Positions 13,945 to 26,140 of a stretch of 64,000 bases of DNA are shown piece by piece; positions within the stretch are counted from its first letter, which is position 1, and each line of letters begins with the position of its first letter. The notes under the pieces are model-generated. The model was not told where the DNA came from and did not search any database. It worked only from the letters and a program-made list of their open reading frames with translations. The stretch is from Hemiscyllium ocellatum (Eukaryota), in the NCBI RefSeq assembly GCF_020745735.1, contig NC_083435.1, positions 4,565,905 to 4,629,904 on the forward strand. Reading direction: 5' to 3'. Position numbers and translations under genes: made by a program.

Positions 13945-15455
13945 TTAGAGTCAAACTCATACAGCATGGAAAGAGACCCTTTGATCTGACTATCCAAGCT
14001 GTTCAGATTTCCTAAACTGAACTAGTCCCGTTTGCTTGCATTTGGCCCAAATCCCTCCTATCCGTGTACCTGTCCAAATGTCTTTTAAATATCGTAATTG
14101 TATTTGCCTCCACCACTTCCTCTGGCAGGTTGTTCCACATATGCACCACGCTCTGTGTTGGAGTTTTGCACCTTGGATCCCTTTTAAAACTTAACCCTCT
14201 CACTTTGAACTTATGCCCTCTAGGTTTGGACTCTCCTCCCTTGGAGAAAAGACCTTGGCTATTCAGCTCATCTATAACCCCTCACGATTTTATAAACCTC
14301 TGTAACATCATCCCTCAGCTTTCTATGTTCCAGGGGGAAAAAGTTCGATCCTAGCCTTACAACTCAAAATTACCAGTCTCAGTAATGTCCTTGTAAATCT
14401 TTTTGTACTCTTTCCAGGTTAATAACATTCTTCCTATAGCAAGGCAACCAGAATTATATGCATACTCAAAATGTGGCATTACCAATGTCTCATACAGCCA
14501 TAACATGATAGAATAACGCAGAACAGACCCTTCGGCCCTCAATGTTGTGCCAACCTGTGAACAAATCTAAGCTCATCCCTACACTATCCCATCATCATCC
14601 ATGTGCTTATCCAAGGATTGTTTAAATCTTCCTAATGTGGCTCGTTAACTACATTAGCAGGCAGGGCATTCCACACCCTTACCAATCTCTGACTAAAGAA
14701 CCTGCCTCTTGCTTCTGTCTTAAATCTATCACCCCTCAATTTATAGTTATGCCCCCTCATACAAGCTGACGTCATCATCCTAGCTAGCCTTCACTGTCTA
14801 GCCTATCTAATCCTCTGATCATTTTGTATGTCTTTATCAAATCCCCCTTAGCCTTCTTCTTTGCAATGAGAACAGGCCCAAGTCTCTCAGCCTTTTCTCA
14901 TAAGACCTTCACTCCAGACCAGGCAACATCCTGGTAAATCTCCTCTGCACCTTTTCCATTGCTTCCACATCCTTTCTATAATGGGGCGACAATATTCTAA
15001 GTGCGGCCACACTAGTGTTTTATATAGTTGCAACAAGACATTACGGCTCTGGATCTGAATTCCTCTACCAGTAAAACCTAACACACCGTGTGCCATCTTA
15101 ACAGCACTATCAACCTGGGTGGCAACTTTCAGGGATCTACGTACATAGACTCCAAGATCCCTCTGCACATCCACAGTATCAAGAATCTTTCCATTGGCCC
15201 AGTACTCTGCCTTCCTGTTATTCTTCCCAAAGTGAATCACCTCACAATTAGCTGCATTGAACTCCATTTGCTACCTCTCAGCCCAATTCTGCAGTTTATC
15301 CAAGTCCCCCTGCAACCTGCAACATTCTTCCACACTGTCCACTACTTCACCGACTTTAGTGTCAAATGCAAACTTACTAACCCATCCACCTATGCCTGCA
15401 TCTGATATCCCAACTCCTGTACTCAACTCTCTGACAGATGAAGGCAAGCAAGCCA
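13945..15455 (-). mobile_element. Nested CR1 3' fragments (younger copy about 14510-15403 inside an older copy)
   Basis: CR1 ORF2 C-terminal motifs and CR1 3' tails on minus; host sequence resumes at about 15404. Confidence 0.8.
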
Positions 15456-17283
15456 TATTAAAAAAAAATTAGAAGAAATACACCAAAGATTATTCAACTC
15501 CACCACTGATGCTCAGTAGCAGCAATATGTACATCTACAAGATGCACTGCAGAAATGCACCAAAAATGCTTAGACAGCATCTTCCAAACCCACAACCATA
15601 ACCATCTAGAAGGACAAGGGCTGCAAAAAGATGGGAACAGCAACATCTGCAAGGTCGCCCTGAACCATTTGCCATCCTGATTTGAAAATATATTGCCACT
15701 CTTTCAGTGCTGTTCAGTCAAAATCCTGGAATTCTGACCTAAATGGCATTGAGTCTATCAACAGCATGTGAACTACAGTGGTTCAAGAAGTTAGATCACC
15801 ACCACCCAATCAAGGGCGACTTGGGGCAGGCAATAAACATTGGCCCAGGCAGCAATACCAAGCTCCCACAGGTGAATTTTTAAAAAAAACGTCCTGCTTT
15901 AATTTTAGGTAATTGCAATATTATGAGCACTGTTACAAAAAACTGAAAATAAAATGGTCAGTGAAGATTTTATTGTGCAAACATAGTTTGTTTTCTAAGT
16001 ATACTGCTAACTATTGAGAGCAAAACTAATGAATTAATGCCACAAATAGAGATAAATGAGTATAATCTCAAAGTCATTATGGAAAAGTTTTTATACAGCT
16101 GGAAATTATATATTGTGACTATTCAAAAGGATAGACAGGAAGGGAAGAGCCAGGGGAATGCTTTGTTATTTGTAGATGGAATAAGTATAAGTAACAAGAA
16201 ATTATCTTGGAAACATATGTTGTAGAATCCATATAAGTGGAAGCTTATGAAAAAATAATGGGAAAAGATGCTGCTGGGAGTTGTCTACAGACCCATTAAC
16301 AGTAGCTTTCTTTGGGACAGAATAGTTCAGGGAGAAAATAAGGCGTGTAAAAAAAGGCAGTATATCTATCACTGGTGATTTTAATTTTCATGTAGATTGG
16401 GAAAATCAAGTTGCCTAAGAAAGTCAGAAGGACACTTTTCTAGAATCATATGTTCTACATCCAAATGGGAATCAAGTTATTTTGCATCTGATAATATATA
16501 CTGAGGAAGGTTTAATACATGATCACAAAGTAAAAATAAACCCTAAGGTTACAGTGACCATAATATGATAGAAGTTAGCATTCATGTTAAGAGTAAGAAA
16601 CTTGGGTTGAAAACAATTGTGCTATAAACTCAAAGAAGGTCAATTATGTAGGTACTGTGCAGAGTTGACTGGAGTGGACCCAGAAAGAAGTTTAATAGAA
16701 AAGACAACTAATGAACAACTGCACACTTTTATGAAAATGGTTCATGACTCCCAGTTTCCTCAGTGAGGAAAAATGACTCCAGGAAGGGAATATCAAAGAA
16801 TGATTAACCAAGGGGAAAAACAGACAGTATCAAGTTGAAAGAAAAGTCATAAAAATGGAAAAGATTGTGAGAGAATCAACGTCTGGAAGGTATCACAAAG
16901 GCAGCAAAAAAACTTTAAATCTTGCTGCAAACAAAAACCATTTATGACAGCAACAGACACACAATGCACGAAAATTGTTCCTATCCACTTAATGATTCAA
17001 ATGGTTACACAAGCTTTTGGAGAACACAAAGGACATCATCTGAAAATTAGTTGTGCATGGGGAGAAATTGTATTATTGATAGCCACTGCTCGGATGTTAC
17101 GCATTTTCCACCAAAGATATTTAAATTTGATTACTTTCCCCAGTAATTGCATACAAATTAAGTCTGCAAAGGCTGCCAATTGTTATAACACCACCTTCTT
17201 GTGGTCCATATGAAAATAGAATTTCTGTTGTATATTATTATAAGGGAACACTGTTCCAACTACATGACAGAAAGGATAGCTGG

Positions 17284-17500
17284 GTAAAAACAATGACTGC
17301 AGATACTGGAAACCAGATTCTAGATCAGTGGTGCTGGAAGAGCACAGCAGTTCAGGCAGCATCCAAAGTGCAGCGAAATCAATGTTTCGGGCAAAAGCCC
17401 TTCATCAGGGATTCCTGATGAAGGGCTTTTGCTCGAAACGTCAATTTCGCTGCACTTTGGATGCTGCCTGAACTGCTGTGCTCTTCCAGCACCACTGATC
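17284..17500. mobile_element. Palindromic Penelope-derived mini-element with two back-to-back hammerhead cores
   Basis: Near-perfect inverted repeat centred at about 17411; TSD cagaaaggatagctgg (17268-17283 / 17501-17516). Confidence 0.85.
17411..17446 (+). ncRNA. Minimal type I hammerhead ribozyme motif
   Basis: CTGATGA-A-GGGC-TTTT-GCTC-GAAA-CG-TC: conserved core, 4-bp stem II, palindromic ACGT stem III, GUC cleavage triplet. Confidence 0.7.
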
Positions 17501-17919
17501 CAGAAAGGATAGCTGGCCTGCTTAACTAAGTATAACCTGTCTAAACAATAACTTCTCAGGATCAGTGACAACTGACTGAATTTTTGAATCATACGGTGCA
17601 TTCTTGTAGTGCGCAGAAAACTGAGAAAGAACTCCATTAGCAGCTAAAAGGGTGTAAAGTACTCAATGTATAAAACATACAGGAAACAGTTTGCAGAAAA
17701 ATTCACCATTGACAGGTTTAATTGCTACCATTCAAACACCCAAACTTCAGAAATGTATGCAATCATTTACCTAACCGCGCAAATGTTGTCCAAATCAACT
17801 GGGTTTACAGAAGCACCTAGAAATTCTAAAGGACTGTTGCAATTTCAGGGAGGTGGGGGGATGGAATGGTGGAGGAGAGACCAACTGAAAATGATATTAC
17901 TTTGAAGAGAGTTAAAGTT

Positions 17920-19839
17920 TCAATCAACTTCTTCAATTGTTGGTCCACCAGAAGGGTCCTTTCTGACTTGTTCTGAGAATGGCCCTTCAGGCATACCTCC
18001 CTGGTAGAGTTTGGCAATGATGGGCTTGCATATTTTTTCCAAATCTTTCAACTGCTGCTCAAAGTCCTCCTTCTCTGCTGTTTGGTTTGCCTCCAGCCAG
18101 GATATGGCCTGGTTACACTTTTCGATGACTTTGTTCTTATCTTCCTCACTGATCTTGCCTTTCGTTTTCTCTTCCTCCACTGAACTCTTCATGTTAAATG
18201 CGTATGACTCCAGGGAATTCTTGGCTGTAATTTTCTCACGCTGCATATCATCCTGGCCTTTGTATCTTTCCGCTTCCTGCACCATCCTCTCAATCTCCTC
18301 CTTACTCAACCTGCCCTTGTCATTGGTGATGGTGATTTTGCTCTCTTTGCCAGTGCTCTTGTCTACAGCAGATACATTCAAGATGCCATTTGCATCAATA
18401 TCAAAGGTGACCTCAATCTGTGGTACACCACGTGGCGCAGGGGGGATCCCACTGAGGTCAAATTTGCCCAAGAGGTTGTTATCCTTAGTCATTGCTCTTT
18501 CTCCTTCATATACCTGGATCAAAACACCAGGTTGACTGTCAGAATAAGTGGTGAATATTTGTGTCTGCTTGGTGGGAATGGTGGTGTTACGTTTGATGAG
18601 TGTGGTCATGACCCCACCTGCTGTTTCCAGACCCAATGATAGTGGAGTGACATCCAGTAGTAACAGATCTTGTACATTTTCAGACTTGTCCCCCATCAGA
18701 ATAGCTGCTTGAACAGCTGCCCCATAGGCCACGGCCTCATCAGGATTGATGCTCTTATTTAAATCTCTGCCATTGAAGAAATCTTGCAGCAATTTCTGGA
18801 TCTTGGGGATGCGGGTGGACCCTCCAACCAGGACTATATCATTAACCTGAGCTTTATCCAGTTTGGCATCTCTCAGAGCTTTTTCCACTGGTTCCAGAGT
18901 GCCTCTGAAAAGGTCAATATTCAGTTCCTCAAACCGAGCCCTGGTGATGGAGGTATAGAAATCGATGCCTTCATACAGCGAGTCAATCTCAACACTTGCT
19001 TGTGTGCTGGAAGACAGGGTTCTCTTGGCTCTTTCACAGGCTGTCCTCAGCCTCCTGACTGCCCTCTTGTTCTCACTGATGTCCTTCTTGTACTTCCGCT
19101 TGAACTCTTCAATGAAGTGATTGACCATGCGGTTATCAAAGTCCTCTCCTCCCAAGTGGGTGTCACCAGCTGTTGATTTCACTTCAAAGATACCATCATC
19201 AATGGTGAGAATAGACACATCAAAGGTACCACCCCCCAAGTCAAAGATGAGAACATTGCGTTCTCCTCTACCCTTCTTGTCCAGGCCGTAGGCAATAGCA
19301 GCTGCCGTTGGCTCATTAATGATCCTTAAGACATTGAGGCCAGCGATCACACCAGCATCTTTGGTTGCCTGGCGCTGGGAGTCATTGAAGTAAGCAGGCA
19401 CTGTGATTACAGCATTAGTAACGGTGTAGCCCAAATAGGCCTCAGCAATCTCCTTCATCTTGGTCAACACCATGGAAGAGATTTCCTCAGGGTAAAAGGT
19501 CTTATCTTCACCTTTGTACTCAACTTTGACCTTTGGCTTCCCTGCATCATTCACCACCTGGAAGGGCCAGTGCTTCATGTCGGACTGGACGACTGGGTCA
19601 TTGTATTTCCTGCCAATGAGTCTCTTGGCATCAAAGATGGTGTTCGGTGGGTTCAGAGCCACCTGGTTCTTGGCGGCGTCTCCAATGAGCCTTTCGGTGT
19701 CGTTGAAGGCCACGTAGCTGGGCGTGGTGCGGTTGCCTTGGTCGTTGGCGATGATCTCCACCTTGCCATGCTGGAAGACCCCAACACAGGAGTAGGTGGT
19801 GCCCAGGTCAATGCCAATGGCTGTCCCCCTGCTTGCCAT
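17920..19839 (-). CDS. HSP70: Cytosolic heat shock 70 kDa protein, copy 1 (intronless, 639 aa from ATG 19839)
   Basis: [20 protein letters not shown] and [11 protein letters not shown] signatures; ends GPTIEEVD; ORF-track start at 19842 is TTG, true ATG at 19839. Confidence 0.97.
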   Translation of the reverse strand: MASRGTAIGIDLGTTYSCVGVFQHGKVEIIANDQGNRTTPSYVAFNDTERLIGDAAKNQVALNPPNTIFDAKRLIGRKYNDPVVQSDMKHWPFQVVNDAGKPKVKVEYKGEDKTFYPEEISSMVLTKMKEIAEAYLGYTVTNAVITVPAYFNDSQRQATKDAGVIAGLNVLRIINEPTAAAIAYGLDKKGRGERNVLIFDLGGGTFDVSILTIDDGIFEVKSTAGDTHLGGEDFDNRMVNHFIEEFKRKYKKDISENKRAVRRLRTACERAKRTLSSSTQASVEIDSLYEGIDFYTSITRARFEELNIDLFRGTLEPVEKALRDAKLDKAQVNDIVLVGGSTRIPKIQKLLQDFFNGRDLNKSINPDEAVAYGAAVQAAILMGDKSENVQDLLLLDVTPLSLGLETAGGVMTTLIKRNTTIPTKQTQIFTTYSDSQPGVLIQVYEGERAMTKDNNLLGKFDLSGIPPAPRGVPQIEVTFDIDANGILNVSAVDKSTGKESKITITNDKGRLSKEEIERMVQEAERYKGQDDMQREKITAKNSLESYAFNMKSSVEEEKTKGKISEEDKNKVIEKCNQAISWLEANQTAEKEDFEQQLKDLEKICKPIIAKLYQGGMPEGPFSEQVRKDPSGGPTIEEVD

Positions 19840-19959
19840 CAATCAAACGTGTCTTAAACGTCCCCCTGGGGTTGCAATAGCTCGGCCACACCACCACGCC
19901 TAGCCCTCTGTTTTCAACCCCTCCACCTCCTTGTGCCTTTTTCTGCTGCCCCAGTCTCG

Positions 19960-20175
19960 CCTCGACCCCTTTTTATGGGTTTCGGGCACGTCGTGGCAAC
20001 CGACCGACGGATTGACGTGCTCTTCGTCCAATGGCCGTGTCAGATTCCCGCACTTTAGCAACGCTTGGGCCAATGAGCAGCAGGGCCAGGCCTGGCGGAG
20101 GCGGAACCAGTGCGGGGACGTGAACGGCCGATTGTGACGTCGGTGTCTATGGAATGTTTCTGCCACGTGCTGGAT
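19960..20175 (-). promoter_or_regulatory. HSP70 copy 1 promoter: CATAAAAA TATA variant, CCAAT boxes, ACGTG/CRE/E-box cluster, no canonical 3-unit HSE
   Basis: CATAAAAA (19970-19977, minus); CCAAT 20028 and 20070; ACGTG at 19987-19991, 20015-20019, 20118-20122; TGACGTCG 20135-20142; CACGTG 20164-20169; CpG rich. Confidence 0.65.
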
Positions 20176-20514
20176 ATGTCGTCGAGTCCAATTCAAATAT
20201 GAATTGAATATTGAACCGTTAGATTCCCACCGTTAGGCCCAAATGGAAATGGCCTCCAGTTAAAAGTGGCACAGAGAGAGAGCTGGTTCATCATGTTTAT
20301 ACCATTATTGCGGTATATTGACGTTTGCCCGGTGTTAGTTACCATGGGAACCATTGCTGATTTGAATTTTGATTCACGTTTTTGTCCCCTTAAGAGTACT
20401 TCTCAAATTAAAGCCAATAAATTGTACCCTTTGTACTTAATTCTGCAAAAATAAGGCGACAGAAAGGAAAGTAACCACCCCACACATCACTGCAAGGCCT
20501 GTTTCAAATTTCTA

Positions 20515-20695
20515 GGAGAAAGTGAGGACTGCAGATGCTGGAGATCAGGGCTGAAAAAGTTTTGCTGGAAAAGCGCAGCAGGTCAGGCTGCATCCAAGGA
20601 GCAGGAGAAGAAGGGCTCATGTCCGAAACGTCGATTCTCCTGCTCCTTGGATGCTGCATGACCTGCTACGCTTTTCCAGCAACACTTTTCTCAGT
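20515..20695. mobile_element. Palindromic Penelope-derived mini-element (centre deleted into hammerhead core)
   Basis: Same family as 8233-8440; degenerate TSD tgtttcaaatttcta / tgtataaaatttccta. Confidence 0.75.
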
Positions 20696-21589
20696 TGTAT
20701 AAAATTTCCTATGGCTTAGGGAGAGATAGTCGGGTCCTGAGAGTCAGTCCCTGAAATGTTAACGAGGTCCCCACAATTGACTCCCACCTAATAATCGCCT
20801 CTGAAGTGGCAGAGAAAATCAGAAGATGCTGCAAAATAAAGACGCCCACCAAAGGAGAGAAACTGGAATGGTCTAATATGCTATTTCCACTGCCGCCTAC
20901 ATTCATTCAAATCAATTTGCAATGGCAATCAGAAAAATATGGGAGGGGTGCTTTTTGAGGATCCCTGCTGACCCGATGGGCTGACTGGCCTCTTTCTGCA
21001 CAGTTGAGATTCTGTGATGCTATGGCATCTGGTGGAGTTTAAATTTAATTCCTAAATTTGGTTTTCAAAGTCACGTAGCAATGAAATAGAGTCATAGAGT
21101 TGAACAGCACAGAAACAGACCCTTCTGTCCAACTCATCCATGCTGATCAGATATCCTAAATTAATCTCGTCCCATCTGCCAACATTCTAAACCCTTCCTA
21201 CTCAAATACCTTTTAAATGTTGTTATTGTACCAATTAGCCATTGATTGTTGTAAAACTTACTTGATCAGGTCTGTGTGACTCCAGACCCACAGCTGAAAA
21301 ATGTGTCGCTGGAAAAGCGCAGCAGGTCAGGCAGCATCCAAAACACCATATTGTTTAATCAACCTGATCAGAGATTTATTTTTACACATCTCTGGAGCAG
21401 GTGGGGTTTGAACTCAGGCCTCTTGATCCATAGATAGGAATTCTACACCTGTGCCATAAGAGCTCTTAGATATATGGTTATTAATAGTATTCTCAAATAG
21501 CCTGGCAGACTGCTCAGTTAAGGGCAATTTATGGTTGGGTGTCAAATTCTGGCTTTGCCAGAGATTCCTCCAGCTATTAAAGGAGAACC

Positions 21590-21715
21590 TGATGTGGAGA
21601 TGCCAGTGTCAGACTGGGGTGGACAAAGTCATAAGTTACATGACACCAGGTTATAGTCCAACAGGTTTATTGAACTTGCAAGCTTTCAGAGCACTGCTCC
21701 TTCGTCAGGTGAAGT
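21590..21715 (-). mobile_element. Terminus of a second Penelope-like family with minimal hammerhead
   Basis: Minus strand CTGACGA-A-GGAGC-AGT-GCTCT-GAAA-GC-TT (21708-21680); related decayed copy at about 12945-13020. Confidence 0.6.
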
Positions 21716-22924
21716 CAAGGAAAAGAAGGGGAATAAATATTTTTCAGTCTATTGAAAGACCATAGTGACAGATCATTGATGGCTAAATCAAGCTTCTATC
21801 AGTAACAAATTTCAAGTAACAGTCTGGAACTGTGACACACCTCCAGGACAGATGAAACACTACCATTGCACCAGAAGACCCTTGAGAAATTGTTGCTCCT
21901 TGCCTAGAAATTGAACACAGGGTACAGCAGTAATAAATCTAATCACAAAGCTGCTCGTGGAATGTGTCCATGCCAAGTATAATCATACACTCCAGCAAAT
22001 ATGAATTGCATAACTTTCCCCTCAAATTACTTGACAGGGCTAATTACCTGCAATTTTAATATTAGGCAGATTTGACAACATGACTTGATAGAGTGGAGTT
22101 TTAATCATGTGACCACGAAGTGATAAAGCACTTTTAAGTTTCAAATCTATCACCTTTAGCTGCTCAGCCACAACTATAAATGCTTAAAGGTTTTTTTAAA
22201 AATCAACTTGTTCTTCTATATTTTTCTGATTTTGTTACCATGTTGCGAAAAACACAAAAGAAATTTCTGAAAATTGTATAATTTAACCAACCTCATGTTT
22301 GTGTGATTCAAGACAGAAAATACTGGAGACACTTGACAAGTCAGATAATGTGTAGGAAGAAAGGGACGAGCAAACTTAGAAAATAGAAGCAGGAATAGGC
22401 CATTCAGCCCCTCACACCTGCTTTGCCACTTAATAAATTCATTGTTGTTTTCGAGACCCATATTCTACCTCCATATCTCTTGATGTCTTTATTGCCTGGA
22501 AATCTATCATCTCTCTCATGGATATTTCCATGTCCACAAAATGTCAACAAGTCATTAATTGATTTAAAAGTCATACTTGCTTAAATTCTAAAATTAACTT
22601 TGCTGAACATCATGGCCACTGCTGATCATATGATTCAAACTGACCACAATTTTTAGAAAGATTCCAATCAGCAGTTACCAGAACAGAACAAAACATCACT
22701 ATCCTGGCAAGTCACAAAATTGCATAATGTGGACCTTGCAATCTATAGAGACAAATGATAGTTCTCTCTAACCAGTCCTGAACAAAGAGAGGCTGTTGAA
22801 ACCTATTATGCCTCAAGTAATAATAGCAGCTCACCATTAATATCATACAAATGAATGAAGACCAAACAGAAACCAATTGTTTCCTGTGAACGACCTCGTT
22901 ATTTTGAAATGATAGTCAGTTTTT

Positions 22925-23246
22925 AAAATCCCTACAGTGTGGAAACAGGCCCTTAAGTCCAACAAATCCACATCAACCCTCTAAAGAGTATTCCACCCAA
23001 GCCCATTCCCCATTATCCTACATTACTAATCCACTTAACCTACACATTTCTGAACACTATGGGCAATTTAGCATGGCCAATTCACCTAATGCACATCTTT
23101 GGATTGTGGAAGGAAGAATACCCTAAGGAAATCCACGCAGACACATGGAAAATGTAAAAACTCCTCACACTCATCCGAAGCCGGAATCAAACCAGGTCCC
23201 CGGCGCTGTGAGGCAGCAGTGCTAACCACTGAGCCACTGTGCCACC
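22925..23246 (-). mobile_element. HE1-like SINE (older copy)
   Basis: Homologous to 4103-4405. Confidence 0.8.
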
Positions 23247-23289
23247 AAAACAATCAGGTACTCCCCAGCAGGGAACTGAACCACTACAC

Positions 23290-25000
23290 TACCGAGGAGG
23301 TCAGCACACACCCTTTGTCCAACTCATCCATGCCAACAAGGAAGGTATCCTAAATTAATCTAGTTCCATTTGCCAGCATTTGGTCCATATCCTTTGAAAC
23401 CGAGGTGAAAGTGAGTACTACAGATACTGGAGATTAAAGAAAAGCACAACAAGTCATGCAGCATCCAAGCAGCAGGAAAATCGATGTTTTGGGTAAAAGC
23501 CCTTCATCAGGAATGAGGCTGGGAGCCTCGGGGGTGCAGTTATGTATGGGAGGGGGTGGAGCTGGGTGAAGGTAGCTGAGAGTGCAATAGGTGGATGGAA
23601 GTGGGAGTAAAGGTGATAGGTCAGAGGGGATGGTAGAGCAGATAGGTGCGAAGGAAGATGGACAGATGGGACAGGTCATTAGGATGGTGCTGAGCTGGAA
23701 GGTTGGAACTGGGGTAAGGTGGGTGGAGGGGAAATGAGGAAACTGGTGAAATCCACACTGATGCGATGGGGTTGAAGTGTCCCGAGGCAAACGATGAGGT
23801 GTTCTTCCTCCAGCATCAAGTGATAAGAGAATGGCGATTCCTAACCCTCTGAAACCCTTCTATTCATATACCCATCCAAATGCCTTTTAAATGTAATTGT
23901 ACCAACGTCCACCACTTCCTCTAGCAGCTCATTCCAGACATGCACCACCCTCTGCATGAAAAGGTTGACCCTCCTTCCGCTCTCACCTTAAATCTATGCC
24001 TCTAGTTTTGGATTCTCCTACCCTGGGGACAAAACTTTAGTGGCTATTCGGTGCATCCATGGCTCTTATGGTTTTATAAACCTCTTTTAGGTCAGGCCTC
24101 AGCCTCCAAACTCCAGGGAAAAAAGCTCCAGTCTATCCAGTCTCTCCCTAAAACTCAAACCTTCCAATCCCAACAATACCCTTGAAAATCTTTTCTGAGC
24201 TCTTTCAGGTTTAACATAATCATTCCTGTATCAGGGAGACCAGAAATGGAGTGAAGAATTCTAAAGTTTTGCCATCCTTTAAATGGTGAAATTCCCACTC
24301 ACCTCAGTCCTTAATGGCCCAACCATTAAACTGAGACCGTGCCCCAAGCCCTGGTCCTTTCAGTCAGGGGGACCAGACACCCAGCATCTTCTTTTTTGCA
24401 GAATTATTTAAATCGGATGAGGATGTCATCAGCAAGTCCAGCACTTGTTGCCCATTCCCAACAGTCCCTGAACTGAGTAGCTTGCAAATTATTTCAGAGG
24501 GCAGTTAACCACATTGCTCTGGGTCTAGAGTCATGTATAAGCCAGACCAAGTGAGGATAGCAGATTTATTTCCCTGAAGGACATTAGACATTTTTACATT
24601 AGTGAGTGGTAGTTGTAAGGGTCACAATCACTGAGACTTCATTTATATGGAGATTGAATGTAACTTTCAGCAGCTGCTGTGCTGAGATTTCAATCTGAAT
24701 CTCCAGATCATTACCCAGTGACATTGATACTCTGCAACCACCATAGAACTTTGTGTCATTCAGTTAGGTCACTTTCCATCCTTCTAACCTCTTGAGGATA
24801 TAAGACCAAACTCCACAATCTCTCCTCATAGACAATCCTGCCATCTAAGGAATCAGTTTGGTGAATTTCCATTGCCCTCCCTCTTTGGCAAGATATCTTT
24901 CCTTTAGCCAAGGATATCAAAACTGTACACAATACTCTCTATGCAATCTTACCAAGGCTCTGCACAACTGCAGCAAACCCTGTTTATTTCTTGCTGCACT
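23290..25000 (-). mobile_element. CR1 3' fragments interrupted by a Penelope 3' end (about 23400-23835) and a Deu-type SINE (about 24410-24740)
   Basis: CR1 tail motifs; GIY-YIG C-terminal remnant LEEEHLI..LGTLQP and decayed hammerhead on minus. Confidence 0.7.
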
Positions 25001-26140
25001 TGCATGCCATCTTGTGGTGGGAGGTCATCGACCTGACGCACTAACTTGTTTCTCTTTCCACACTCACCCGTTCAAGCTGCTAAGTATTTCAAGCATCCAC
25101 ATATCTGTGCCAAAATAAAGCTTGGAATAAATGTCAAGTGGCATATTTATTAACCAATGGGAGCCTGATATCACACAAGTGGGCAAAGCAGTGGAAACTA
25201 CCATTCAACTTGTGTAAGTGTGAGATCATCGATTTTGGCTCCAATTTGAAAAATCGGAATTAGTTCAATGTGGTGGGAAATAGGAAGAAAGGAGTCGATG
25301 AGAGATTTGGATGTCCGTGTACAGAAAACAATGAGGCAAGCACACATCCCCGTCAATGGAATGCAGCTTGTGACTCAAGTGAAAATCAATAGCAAGAATG
25401 GGAATTTATGTTTCCACTGCACAAATCCTTGGTCTGAATGCATCTTGAGTATTGTGGTTGATTCTGAGCACTATTACTAAATAGAAATGTAGATTCGATA
25501 GAATTATTCCAGTCAATATTAAAACTGGAGTTCTTGTGGTGCAGTGGTGAATGCCTCTGAGTCAGATTATCCAGGTTCAAGACTCCCAACATCAACATTT
25601 AATGTTGTTCTAAGACATGGCACGTGCTGCTGCAGTGATCAACAACAGAGAACCCTGGTCAGCCATGTGCAGGTAGAAATGGCAAACTGTAACAATACCT
25701 TACCAAAAGTGAATGAGCATTCCAAGGCTGAAGTACAAGGTCAACGATACCCTTTCAGGGCACAGTGCCCGAAATGAGAAATATACTCAAAACTAAACAC
25801 CAGACATAAGCACAAGACTTTATTAGTCTTTTACAGAGATGTACTGATCAATGTACATAAATGGACAATCACCAGAAAAGTAACTTAGCAATCCGGAATA
25901 ATCACATTAAAAAAATCGCGAAGTTCACTTAAAGAAAATTCGTTATCGTAAAGTCAACTGTGAACCATCAAAGCCAGTATCTGAGAGCAACATGTTATCT
26001 CTACAAATGGCAACTAAGTACTTTGATCATGTCAATGCTTTATAAAGTTACTTCCACTAGGGATGCAGAAGTGGGCTGAGGAGGGGATGATTGGAGTTGA
26101 GATGGTGGGGCAGAGGAGAACTGAAAGTTTGGGTAAGAAT

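Noticed and set aside
17284-17500. Palindromes as DNA-transposon MITEs or pre-miRNAs
   Set aside because: Arms are asymmetric, TSDs are about 16 bp with microhomology, and the sequence is the terminus of a GIY-YIG Penelope element, favouring a retroelement origin.
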